In this document: in pieces, positions 38,702-48,257 of the stretch
Numbering within the stretch: position 1 is the stretch's first letter
Layout of the letters: each line of letters opens with the position of its first letter
Source: Promethearchaeota archaeon
GTDB lineage: Archaea; Asgardarchaeota; Lokiarchaeia; Sigyniarchaeales; SOKP01
Assembly: GCA_019058295.1 (NCBI GenBank)
Contig: JAHPZI010000021.1
Location: 192,001 to 256,000, forward strand
Direction: 5' to 3'
DNA length: 64,000 nucleotides
The notes under the pieces: model-generated
Databases searched by the model: none
What the model was told of the DNA's origin: nothing
What the model saw: only the letters and a program-made list of their open reading frames with translations
Program-made: the position numbers and the translations under genes

Positions 38702-39367
38702 TTAATATTTTTTCTCAATAATAGCTTTTATAGCATCTTTAAAAATTGTCGTACCCATTTGCTTATAACCCTCAACTGAAAAATGAAGACCATCTATGTA
38801 AGCGCACTCTTTTTTTAAGTTTCCTTCCTCATTTTTCATTCCAATATATAAATCTGCAAAGGGAATCTTATTATTTTTAAAATAATCCCGCAACATATTG
38901 TTAAGAGCAATTTTCCTTTTGTTATAAGCTTTGTTGGATTGTTCCATTCTTATTGGAGGAATGGTTCCTCCTATTGAAAATATTTTAAATTCTCTGGAAA
39001 TTTCGTGTAATTTTTTAATATTTTCAAATATTTTCTCGTTTGGGATGCCCCACCCTAAATCATTAGTACCTCCAATAATTATTGAATAATTAGGTTTTGG
39101 CTTATATCTAAGTAAATCATAATTAATTCTTTGTAGAAAATTGCTTGTTAGCTCCCCGGGAATTCCTTTATTAACGAAAAGCAAGTCATTACTAGTTTCC
39201 TCATCTATTTTCCGTCCCTTTCCTTCAATGTATTCTATACATAATTTTTTTAACCAAAATTCGTATTGAGAATTGTAATTACCATAACCCTCAGAAATTC
39301 CATCTGGTGCAGGGTCATAACCAGGATAACCAGCCGTTAAGGAATCTCCTAGACATAAAAATATCAT
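38702..39367 (-). CDS. SGNH/GDSL hydrolase
   Basis: GDSLT, NKGIPG, GGTND and DGLH. Confidence 0.92.
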   Translation of the reverse strand: MIFLCLGDSLTAGYPGYDPAPDGISEGYGNYNSQYEFWLKKLCIEYIEGKGRKIDEETSNDLLFVNKGIPGELTSNFLQRINYDLLRYKPKPNYSIIIGGTNDLGWGIPNEKIFENIKKLHEISREFKIFSIGGTIPPIRMEQSNKAYNKRKIALNNMLRDYFKNNKIPFADLYIGMKNEEGNLKKECAYIDGLHFSVEGYKQMGTTIFKDAIKAIIEKKY

Positions 39368-39372
39368 AAAAA

Positions 39373-40044
39373 TTACTCTGCTTCTATTTTTAATAATTTT
39401 ATAATATCTTTAATACTAACAAATGATAAATCTTTTACAATTAAATCTGCAATTAATAACTCTTTTTCATCATGGGTTGTTGTAATGGCAATTGATTTCA
39501 TACCAGCTCTTTTTGCAGCTTCAATACCTACTGGAGCATCTTCAATTACTATACAATTTTCAGGTTTAACATTAATATTCTCTGCAGCGATTAAAAATAC
39601 GTCAGGTTCAGGTTTACTTCTTGATACTTCAGCAGCAGTTATAATAACGTCAAAGTATTTTTTAATTTTTAAAGTATTTAATAATAATTCAACATTTTCA
39701 GGAGGACCGCTTGAACCTACAGCTAATTTAAATCTCTCGTCTTTAAGAGTTTTTATTAATCCAATTGCTCCCGGTAAGGATTCTAATTTATCTTTTACCA
39801 TTTCTCGATAATAAAATTCTTTCAGATTTGCTCTCTTAACAACTTCTTTATCATCAACTTCATCCCCTAACAATTTACGAGTGATAATTACGCTTTGTTG
39901 GCCAAAAGTATCTTCAAAAAATTCTCTCGTAAATTCGACGCCTATTTCATTAGCCATTTTTACCCAACTCTCGAAATGGATAGGTCCTGTATCAGCCAAG
40001 ACTCCGTCCATATCAAAGATAACGCAATAATCACTATAAGACAT
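39373..40044 (-). CDS. HAD-superfamily phosphatase (beta-PGM-like)
   Basis: FDMDGVL, KPEPDVF and IEDAPVG. Confidence 0.92.
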   Translation of the reverse strand: MSYSDYCVIFDMDGVLADTGPIHFESWVKMANEIGVEFTREFFEDTFGQQSVIITRKLLGDEVDDKEVVKRANLKEFYYREMVKDKLESLPGAIGLIKTLKDERFKLAVGSSGPPENVELLLNTLKIKKYFDVIITAAEVSRSKPEPDVFLIAAENINVKPENCIVIEDAPVGIEAAKRAGMKSIAITTTHDEKELLIADLIVKDLSFVSIKDIIKLLKIEAE

Positions 40045-40127
40045 AATTTTATCTATAACGTCAAATTATTTAATTATTATAAAGAATTAAAATAGGCTAA
40101 TAATTTTTTGCGATACAATAACAGAAT

Positions 40128-40202
40128 GACCCTGTAGCCTAGCATGGATGGGGCGTTAGCTTGCGGAGCTAAAAATCGAGGGTTCAAATCCCCCCAGGGT
40201 CA
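40128..40202 (+). tRNA. tRNA-Arg(GCG)
   Basis: Acceptor GACCCTG/CAGGGTC, anticodon arm TTAGC-TTGCGGA-GCTAA, T loop TTCAAAT. Confidence 0.92.
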
Positions 40203-40233
40203 TATTGTAATCTAATGCTCATTAGAGATTACT

Positions 40234-41712
40234 TTAGTTTTGGTTTTGGTTTTTTGATTCTTGAACAAGAATCCAATAATTTTTAACCATTTCTTCCAAG
40301 TTAGTAAAGCTAGGAATGTTATTATTAGCTAACAACTGTGATATATATGCAACTTCCTTTGCCTCACCAATCAACCAGAAGAAAATCGGTTTTGAGATTT
40401 GATTTGTATTTTTTATCATTTCATCAACATTATATTGTTGTCTAAAGCGTTTTGAGCAAAAGAGCATATTGAAAAGGCCTTCTATCTCAGGTTCGCCCAG
40501 TATTGCATCATATACTAATTTTAATAAAACTGAGCGATTTATATTATTTTTCTGGGCTTTCTCCATTGCTGGCCAAATATCTATGAGACTGAATCGATTT
40601 GGGGGCATCCAGGAGGGGAATATCTCTTCAAGGGTTTTATATGCCTTATCTCTAAAAAGGGGTAGATTTAAACCATGTTGCATAAGAAGATCCGCAAGAA
40701 TTGTGCCAGCTCCTCCTGATCCAACTATTATTGCGACGCCACCACCTTTTTGGGGTAGTTGCTTCCCTGTATTATACATCATTGAAAATGTTCTGGCAAA
40801 CTGAAATAATTCATGGAAGCTGTGAGCTCTTATTACGCCAGACTGTTTGATTATAGCTTCAGTCAATTGTGAGTTTTCTGCAAGAGATCCTGTATGGCTT
40901 AAGGTTGCCTTTTTTCCTTGAGACGTTAACCCGCCTTTAACTAAAATTAAAGTCTTCTTCGGGATGGTTTTCGCTTTTCTGCATAATTCAATGAATTTTC
41001 TCGGATCTTTAAATGATTCTAGATATATTGCAATAACATTGACGGTAGAATCTTCAAGAAAATATTCAAGAAACTCTATTTCACTTAAATCTGGTTTATT
41101 TCCAATTGTACATGAATATCTAAAACCGATATCAGGATATTTCTCCATTATATACATTAAATACCCACCGTTTAACATCCCGGATTGACTTATTATCGCA
41201 ATATTTCCTCTTTTATAATTATTGAAAACACCGAATCCACTAAAAAATCCTCCTTTTTCTTCACTAGTGCTATCATTATCAAATCTCGTGATTCCCATGC
41301 AATTCGGCCCAACAATTCTTATTTTTTTAAAATTATCGGTAATTTTAAGGATTTGATCTCTCAATTCTAAACCTTTATCGGTACCCACTTCTTGAAATCC
41401 CGCAGTTTGTATGATTGCTCCCTTAATTCCTTTTTGAATACATTCCTTTAATATCTCAGGGACAACCTTATTTGGACTATAAAAAATCGCAAGATCAACC
41501 TCATTTTCAATATCCAAAACTGATTTCTTAATCTCTAAGCCATACATTTTACCCTCTGTATTAGGGTTTATAGGATAAATCTCTCCTTTAAAATTATTAA
41601 GTGTGAGATTATTTACAATCCAGTTTCCTCCCTTTAATGGATTTTTGGAAGCACCAATGACCGCCACTGATTTTGGGTTCAGGAATAAATTGATAATATC
41701 ATTATTAGACAA
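40234..41712 (-). CDS. NDP-forming acyl-CoA synthetase alpha subunit
   Basis: PKSVAVIGAS, GPNCMG, SQSG and SHTGSLA (phospho-His). Confidence 0.88.
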   Translation of the reverse strand: MSNNDIINLFLNPKSVAVIGASKNPLKGGNWIVNNLTLNNFKGEIYPINPNTEGKMYGLEIKKSVLDIENEVDLAIFYSPNKVVPEILKECIQKGIKGAIIQTAGFQEVGTDKGLELRDQILKITDNFKKIRIVGPNCMGITRFDNDSTSEEKGGFFSGFGVFNNYKRGNIAIISQSGMLNGGYLMYIMEKYPDIGFRYSCTIGNKPDLSEIEFLEYFLEDSTVNVIAIYLESFKDPRKFIELCRKAKTIPKKTLILVKGGLTSQGKKATLSHTGSLAENSQLTEAIIKQSGVIRAHSFHELFQFARTFSMMYNTGKQLPQKGGGVAIIVGSGGAGTILADLLMQHGLNLPLFRDKAYKTLEEIFPSWMPPNRFSLIDIWPAMEKAQKNNINRSVLLKLVYDAILGEPEIEGLFNMLFCSKRFRQQYNVDEMIKNTNQISKPIFFWLIGEAKEVAYISQLLANNNIPSFTNLEEMVKNYWILVQESKNQNQN

Positions 41713-41896
41713 TATTTTAGCACTTTTTCTATTTTGTTCACTATTCTTAATAATTCATGAAATTGTTCCTAATTCATAATTTTTTTGATTTATCTCTAAT
41801 TATAATTTCTTTAAAAGAAATATTTAAAAATAGAACTTATATAGGTTTTATTATAAAAAGAATTTTAATAAATAAGAATATAGGTGGACATCTACA

Positions 41897-42580
41897 ATAT
41901 CATACGCAGATAAAATTTATCAAGCGGCAGAATGGATAAAAAATTCCAAACATCTTGTAGTATTTACGGGAGCGGGAATTAGTACAGAATCAGGGCTCCC
42001 TGATTATCGAGGGATTTGGAGCGATGATGTTGATAATCAAACTCGCTATAATGCTCTAGCTGTAGACTGGAAAAATGTTAAACCCAATAAAGGTCATAAA
42101 GCATTGGTTAAATTACAAGATTTAGGTATGTTAAAATTTCTTATTTCCCAAAATATAGATAATCTCCATAGAACCTCTGGAATTCAAGATGATTTAATCG
42201 CTGAGCTCCATGGTAATGTCACTTTGGCAAGATGTCAAGATTGTGGAAAAAAATATGCGAAAACCTGGGATCGTCCTAATAAGTGTTCTTGTGGAGGTCC
42301 AATTAAATCATTTATTATAAAATTTAATGACGAGATGCCAAAACAGGAATTAGCCCACGCTTTTGAACATTCAAAGCAAGCTGATGTTTATCTAGTGGTT
42401 GGCTCCTCACTTATCACCCAACCAGCAGGTAGTTTACCGAGGATAGCAAAAAGAAATGGTGCAAAGTTAATCTTTATAAATCGAGGTGAAACAACTTTAG
42501 ATAGATTAGCAGATTTAAGATTCAATGAAAATTCCAACGATGTCTTAACCGCAATCGTGGAAGAAATTAAAAATGAATAA
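41897..42580 (+). CDS. Sir2-family NAD-dependent deacylase (SIRT6/7-like); probable ATA start at 41897
   Basis: FTGAGISTESGLPDYRG lies in frame upstream of the track start (42104); SQNIDNLH, ELHGN, CQDC/CSC and GSSL. Confidence 0.9.
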   Translation: MSYADKIYQAAEWIKNSKHLVVFTGAGISTESGLPDYRGIWSDDVDNQTRYNALAVDWKNVKPNKGHKALVKLQDLGMLKFLISQNIDNLHRTSGIQDDLIAELHGNVTLARCQDCGKKYAKTWDRPNKCSCGGPIKSFIIKFNDEMPKQELAHAFEHSKQADVYLVVGSSLITQPAGSLPRIAKRNGAKLIFINRGETTLDRLADLRFNENSNDVLTAIVEEIKNE

Positions 42581-42626
42581 AATATAACTTTTCAATCTTA
42601 TTATACTTTTTTATATTTTTATTTAT

Positions 42627-43391
42627 TTATTGTATGAAATCCAGAATCTCAGAGAGATTATTAATTTTTCTTAGATTAGGAATATCGATTTCTTTTTCAT
42701 AGGGAAATTTATATTGGCGTTCAAATAGAATTGTTTGTAAACCAGCTCTTTGTCCTCCGATTATATCTGCATATTCATCTCCAACCATAATCACAGACGA
42801 GCTTTGTTCATTTTCTAATCCCATTTTTTTTAAAGTATAATGAAAGATTTCTGGGTTAGGTTTTCTATTACCAAATTTAGCAGATGTAACAACAGCATCA
42901 AAATATTTCAATAGATCGTATTTTTTTAGAAGATTTCTAATCGTAAAATGATGTGGATGGTTGCTGAGAACCCCTATTTTAACATTCTTTAACTCCAATA
43001 TTTTATTTAAGGTATCCTTTGTGTGTTTATATGGGATCCACTCCTCTTCTTCACAAGAATGATACAAATTAGCTAATTCTAAGTAGAACTCATCAGTTAA
43101 TTTAGAGATAATTTCTTCTCCTAAAAACGTCCCCAAAACATGTTTAAAAACATAAGATGTAGGAAATTCGTTTTTTGTTTTTACACTTTTCCTAAAGAAT
43201 TCAATTCTTTCTTTTTGAAATTTTGTAGTAAATTCTTTAATTATATCTTCCTTCAAAATCTTGGATTCTTTTAATAAGGTTACAGCCTTTTGTAATCCTC
43301 TATTATAACAATCAAAGTATTTCTCAATTGAAACATTATCAAAATGGAATAATGTAAATCCAAAATCGAAAATTATCCCTTTTATATTCAT
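42627..43391 (-). CDS. HAD-superfamily hydrolase
   Basis: FDFGFTL, LSN, RKPNPEIF and MVGD..ADI. Confidence 0.88.
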   Translation of the reverse strand: MNIKGIIFDFGFTLFHFDNVSIEKYFDCYNRGLQKAVTLLKESKILKEDIIKEFTTKFQKERIEFFRKSVKTKNEFPTSYVFKHVLGTFLGEEIISKLTDEFYLELANLYHSCEEEEWIPYKHTKDTLNKILELKNVKIGVLSNHPHHFTIRNLLKKYDLLKYFDAVVTSAKFGNRKPNPEIFHYTLKKMGLENEQSSSVIMVGDEYADIIGGQRAGLQTILFERQYKFPYEKEIDIPNLRKINNLSEILDFIQ

Positions 43392-43531
43392 ATATTAGAT
43401 TATAAAAGAAAGTAAAAGATATTAAATTTTTTCTAAGATCTAATTTAAATTAGCTAATAATTATTCTCTTTTATACGAAAGGCCCCCAACAATCGTCTTA
43501 TATGATTATTTAAAGAGTTTTTATCCCTTTT

Positions 43532-43873
43532 TTATTCCCTTAATTTCTTTTTTAATATTTTAAGTTCTTCTTTAGTTTCCTTAATCTGTCTTTCTCTATG
43601 ATCTACAATTTCTTTTAATTTAGCCTCTATAGAAGCTTTCTTTTTTTTAATCATTAAGTTATATTCCTTTTTCGCAGCTTTTTCATGATCTAATCTAGAT
43701 TTTATCTCGGAAAATATAGGTTTAAATTTGTTATCTATTTCTTTCAAATTAAGAAAAATTTGCGAAAAAGATTCTTCTTCCAATTTGGCGATATTATCTT
43801 CTTTAATGTTAATTAGTTTTTGTATTTCATTTATGATATTCTCATCTAAAGTCTGCATATTTTTCAATCCCAT
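43532..43873 (-). CDS. Hypothetical coiled-coil protein
   Basis: K/E-rich heptad pattern. Confidence 0.6.
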   Translation of the reverse strand: MGLKNMQTLDENIINEIQKLINIKEDNIAKLEEESFSQIFLNLKEIDNKFKPIFSEIKSRLDHEKAAKKEYNLMIKKKKASIEAKLKEIVDHRERQIKETKEELKILKKKLRE

Positions 43874-43937
43874 TCTTTGTTATATTTTTTTTTTTTGAGT
43901 ATATTTGAATTTATTGTATATTAGTTTTACAATTTTC

Positions 43938-44390
43938 TTATTTCGATGGTTTTGCTGTAGCAGAAGTTATTATTTCTTGGACTAACTTTACATGAGGAAT
44001 GCCTCGCAATTTGGCTTTGAATGTGATCATTTTTAGAAACCACCCAAAACTTGATTTTTCAGTATCCATAAAATCTTCAACTTTCGCTTCCAAATAGCCC
44101 CACCATAATAGATACTTACGTTTGAGGATTTCCTTTGAGATACTCTTATCAATGCCTTTGACATCAATATTACCGTTTTCAATGATTATTAACGCAGCCC
44201 AATCACCATCTTTAGGGTTAAAAACAATTCTACTCCTTACTCCTCTAATAATTTCTTTAACTTTTACCTCGTTAAGTTTTAGAGCCATGTTTAAAGCCGA
44301 AGAAATAGTTTTTGCGAATCCTTTAAGTCTTTCCTTTTTAATCCTTTCCTTAGGTTTTTTTTTCAATTTTTTATCTTCTTGAATTATCAC
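43938..44390 (-). CDS. SCP2-like protein
   Basis: Shares L.GF...I.SAL N-terminus with 38282..38647; AALIIIENGNIDV...KAKLRG. Confidence 0.5.
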   Translation of the reverse strand: MIIQEDKKLKKKPKERIKKERLKGFAKTISSALNMALKLNEVKVKEIIRGVRSRIVFNPKDGDWAALIIIENGNIDVKGIDKSISKEILKRKYLLWWGYLEAKVEDFMDTEKSSFGWFLKMITFKAKLRGIPHVKLVQEIITSATAKPSK

Positions 44391-44411
44391 TTTAATCCAC
44401 CTTTATATTAT

Positions 44412-44828
44412 TCAAATGCTAATCTTTTTTATATTTGAAATTACTATTTTTATTCCGATTAAGTAAAATATAGAACCTAATCCTAAGAAAAGAAATGAAA
44501 CCATAAAACTCCTAGTATCCATAATGTCAGGTAAAAATAGAACCTGTAATATTATTATAACTGCTGATATGAAAAGCCATCCAACTAAATAAACTAAATT
44601 ATATAAATTATACTTTACAAATATATTGGTAAAAACTCTTCTTACTCCTCCAATATAGTTTATGAAAAAAGTTATCAGTAAACCCGCAATCCCTATTAAA
44701 GTAATAATAGAGGGGATTTCATGTATCCACTCATATGCTAATAAAACGGATACAAATAAAATATATATAATTGCTGGTATTAAATATTTGAATTTGAATG
44801 AATACGGCGCCCATCCTTTTTTTTTCAT
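44412..44828 (-). CDS. Hypothetical 4-TM membrane protein
   Basis: Four hydrophobic segments. Confidence 0.65.
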   Translation of the reverse strand: MKKKGWAPYSFKFKYLIPAIIYILFVSVLLAYEWIHEIPSIITLIGIAGLLITFFINYIGGVRRVFTNIFVKYNLYNLVYLVGWLFISAVIIILQVLFLPDIMDTRSFMVSFLFLGLGSIFYLIGIKIVISNIKKISI

Positions 44829-45035
44829 ATCAAAACATCCTTAATTTTGAAATTTTTTGAAATTTTTTAACCAATTATCATTTAAATGGTTTAATGAATT
44901 TTTAACAGATCTCTTAAATAAATTAAATGATTGGAATTTATAATATTTCCTAAATTTTATTAATTTAGTCTACTCTTGATTGTTAAATCTTTAATAATAA
45001 ATACATTTTTATGAGTGGATTTTACTTTTATTTGA

Positions 45036-45578
45036 GTGATTATGTCAATAGATAAATGGTTTACAAAAGATAATTCTAAAGAAGACCGAGAGAGAAGAGA
45101 AAAGATTTTTAAAAATCTCTCAGAAGAAGAGGTTCAAAATTTAAAAAAAAAATCAACTCGAGATTTAACACAAAAAAGAAGTAAAATAAAAGAACTTAAT
45201 GGTATGCCTGATGATTTTTTAAGTTATGTAATTGAATTTAAAGATTGGCTTAATCAGAGAACTTATTTAAAAGGTGATGTTGATAAGATAGAAATTTGGA
45301 TAAAGAATTTAAACAAAAAGTTAGATTATGAAAATACTCAAGGATTAATAGCTAAAAATAATGTAATAGCTCAATTAAGTAATGAATTTAAAAAAATTCC
45401 ACATAATTTTCTAGATGAAAAAACGAGAATCGCAATAAATAAAAAAATGCGAGCAAAGAAACGAACGAACTCAGATAATTATTATTTAAGAAAATTAAAA
45501 AGCATAGTCCAAGAAAAATTAAAAGAAGCAAGTTATTACGAGATTCTAAAAAAAGTTTTGGAATTTAATGCCAAATAG
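45036..45578 (+). CDS. Hypothetical basic alpha-helical protein
   Basis: 180-aa ORF upstream of and co-oriented with the nucleotidyltransferase. Confidence 0.65.
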   Translation: MIMSIDKWFTKDNSKEDRERREKIFKNLSEEEVQNLKKKSTRDLTQKRSKIKELNGMPDDFLSYVIEFKDWLNQRTYLKGDVDKIEIWIKNLNKKLDYENTQGLIAKNNVIAQLSNEFKKIPHNFLDEKTRIAINKKMRAKKRTNSDNYYLRKLKSIVQEKLKEASYYEILKKVLEFNAK

Positions 45579-45626
45579 AGCTAATACAATAATTTTTATA
45601 TTATATCTATTGTTATATTATTTAAT

Positions 45627-46718
45627 ATGTTGTTAATTTGCCCGATTGCTGGAGTTGGAAAGCGTTTACAACCATTTACTTATTCTAAGCCGAAAGCATT
45701 TCTTAAAATTGCGGGCAAAAGGTTAATAGACCATAACCTAATTAAGTTAAAAAAGGCTTTTCCAAAAGGCACAAATATTTGTTTTATTGTAGGTTATAAG
45801 AAAAGACAAATTACAGAGTATTTGACTCAAACTTATGGCGATTATTTTAATATATTTTTTGTTAAACAATCCCCATTAGGATATTCTGGAGATGTTCCGT
45901 ACTTTTCTGGTCTCGGCGATGCGATTTTATTGGCTAAGGATTTTGCAAAAAATGATGATTGTTTTATTTTTCTAAGCGATAGACTTCCTATGGAAGAATA
46001 TACAAATATTCTTTTAAATTATCATAAGGAAGACTGCGATGGAATTATTAATATTAAAAGAGTGGATAATCCTCAATTTTACGGAGTTGTTCTTTTAGAT
46101 GAAGATAAAAAATATATTATGAAAATTGTAGAGAAACCTATTGAATTCATCTCAAATTATGCAGTTTCTGGGGCATACATACTTCGTAAAAGTATAACTC
46201 CTCTAATGTTTGATTTGTTAGAAGAACAGAGCAAAATAAAACTTGAGAATGGTCAGGAACATCAAATGGCTCCCGTATTACAAAAACTTATTGAAGATGG
46301 ATTTAAATTCAAAATATACGAAGCTAAAGAAGAGATTTTAGATTTTGGGAGGCCAGAAAGTTTATTGGAAGGGCATCGACATTTACTTACTGAAATCAAA
46401 CTTCAAGACCCTTTATATGAGGATTTATATCAATCTGGTAATTTAGTTGATTCTAAAATTGTTCCACCTGTTTTTTTAGGCAAGAATGTTAAAATTTCCG
46501 ATTCAGTCATCGGACCAAACGTATCCATCGGCGATAATGCAATATTAGAGAAATGTATTATTTCTGAGTCCATTATAGGGGATGGTGCATATTTAAAAAA
46601 AATTATATCTTCTGACAGTATAATTGGTGATTATACAATTTTAGAAGATTTAATCAAGAAAAGCATAACAATTGGAGATTCTTCTTATATAACAACAAGT
46701 AATATGAAATCTTTCTAA
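45627..46718 (+). CDS. Sugar-phosphate nucleotidyltransferase with C-terminal left-handed beta-helix
   Basis: AGVGKRLQPFT..KPK, GLGDA, VEKP and hexapeptide repeats. Confidence 0.9.
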   Translation: MLLICPIAGVGKRLQPFTYSKPKAFLKIAGKRLIDHNLIKLKKAFPKGTNICFIVGYKKRQITEYLTQTYGDYFNIFFVKQSPLGYSGDVPYFSGLGDAILLAKDFAKNDDCFIFLSDRLPMEEYTNILLNYHKEDCDGIINIKRVDNPQFYGVVLLDEDKKYIMKIVEKPIEFISNYAVSGAYILRKSITPLMFDLLEEQSKIKLENGQEHQMAPVLQKLIEDGFKFKIYEAKEEILDFGRPESLLEGHRHLLTEIKLQDPLYEDLYQSGNLVDSKIVPPVFLGKNVKISDSVIGPNVSIGDNAILEKCIISESIIGDGAYLKKIISSDSIIGDYTILEDLIKKSITIGDSSYITTSNMKSF

Positions 46719-46744
46719 TCATTTAAAGAAAAAAAAATTTATAA

Positions 46745-48169
46745 TTAAAATTTAGGTCTCTTATCTTGCCACGGTTGAATTTCTTCGAAAGCCTTTGAAA
46801 CTTGAAGCACTGTTAACTCATCGAATCTTTTTCCAATAATTTGCATTCCAATAGGCAATCCTTCACTCGTCCAGCCACATGGAATTGAGGCTGCGGGATT
46901 TCCCGTTAAATTAAACGGATATGTATAAGACATAAAAGCTACAGGAGACACACCTTTACCTGCGATTGTTGGAGGATACATCATACCTAATCCAAATGCA
47001 GGACATGCTGTGGTAGGAGTTATTAAGATATCATAATTTTTAAAGAAATTATTTACCACTTTATAGACACCATCTCGCTGATATTCAGCTCTTTTAACGT
47101 CTACTGCATTGTAAGTCAAACCAGCTTCAATCATTCTAATGAGAGTTTCATCTAAAAGTTCTCTATTTTTTAAATCTGATTGAAGATCAAATCCAAATCC
47201 TGCAGTGACTATTGTATTAAAACACAATTCTGGTTTTTTCATTCTAATTTTTGCTTCTTCAACAGACCACTGTAAAGTTTCAAATTTATGGACCGACTCT
47301 ACTACATTTTTTTCAACCTCGGGATCAATAGCTTTCACAAAACCTAATTTAATTGAATACCCAATTTTAATATTCTTTATTTCATCCTTTAGCTTTTCTA
47401 CATAACTAATGTTATTATCAGGAATTGTATTCCTATCATAATCATCTGGCCCTTTCATGACATCTAACATTAATGCAGCATCTTCTACATATCGAACGAG
47501 AGGTCCATAATGATCGAGTGTGCTCCATCCAATATGTCCATGATGCTCTGTGGGTATTCTTCCAAAAGAGGGTTTAATTCCAAAAATACCATTAAAAGAA
47601 CTTGGAATCCTCACAGAACCTCCTCCATCCGATCCTAATGCTAAGGTTCCTAATCCCGCCGCAATTGATGCCCCTGCCCCTCCACTCGATCCTCCAGAAG
47701 TTCTTTTTAAATTCCAAGGATTTAAAGTTGTACCAAAGATTTTATTATCCGTTACAGGCATATGTCCAAAAGCTGGAGTATTAGTCTTGCCAAGAATCAC
47801 TGCTCCAGCTTCTTTTAGACGTTTCACTACAATTTCATCATCTTCAGCGATATTATTTTCATAAATTTTACAGCCTAAAGTAGTTCTTACACCTTTGATA
47901 TCCATTAAATCCTTTATACTGGTTGGGATACCATTTAAAAGGGGAATTGTTTCACCATTCTTTACTGCCAAATCTGCTTTTTTGGCAGAATCTCTTGCTA
48001 AATCAAAGGTAGGTATGCAATATGCGTTAATTATAGGATTAATTTTCTCAATTCTTTCTATTATTGTTTCAGTTATTTCAACAGCGCTTAACTCTTGAGA
48101 TTTTATTTTTTTTGCTATGTCACATGCTGACATAAAACAAATTTCTTCTTTATTCATATAATCACACAA
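46745..48169 (-). CDS. Amidase-signature family amidase (copy 3)
   Basis: SIKD, GGSSGG and GSDGGGSVRIP. Confidence 0.93.
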   Translation of the reverse strand: MCDYMNKEEICFMSACDIAKKIKSQELSAVEITETIIERIEKINPIINAYCIPTFDLARDSAKKADLAVKNGETIPLLNGIPTSIKDLMDIKGVRTTLGCKIYENNIAEDDEIVVKRLKEAGAVILGKTNTPAFGHMPVTDNKIFGTTLNPWNLKRTSGGSSGGAGASIAAGLGTLALGSDGGGSVRIPSSFNGIFGIKPSFGRIPTEHHGHIGWSTLDHYGPLVRYVEDAALMLDVMKGPDDYDRNTIPDNNISYVEKLKDEIKNIKIGYSIKLGFVKAIDPEVEKNVVESVHKFETLQWSVEEAKIRMKKPELCFNTIVTAGFGFDLQSDLKNRELLDETLIRMIEAGLTYNAVDVKRAEYQRDGVYKVVNNFFKNYDILITPTTACPAFGLGMMYPPTIAGKGVSPVAFMSYTYPFNLTGNPAASIPCGWTSEGLPIGMQIIGKRFDELTVLQVSKAFEEIQPWQDKRPKF

Positions 48170-48257
48170 TTAAGATTGAGTTAAATTGAATATTATTAGA
48201 GAACCAATAGTATTTATGATTTTTGTTTTTAAAATAATAAGTAGGAAAAAAAAGGAA

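Noticed and set aside
41757-41939. 60-aa ORF upstream of the sirtuin that could supply an ATG via frameshift
   Set aside because: Low-complexity AT-rich translation in a different frame. The sirtuin frame is already open from 41876 with an SD-ATA, so no frameshift is needed.
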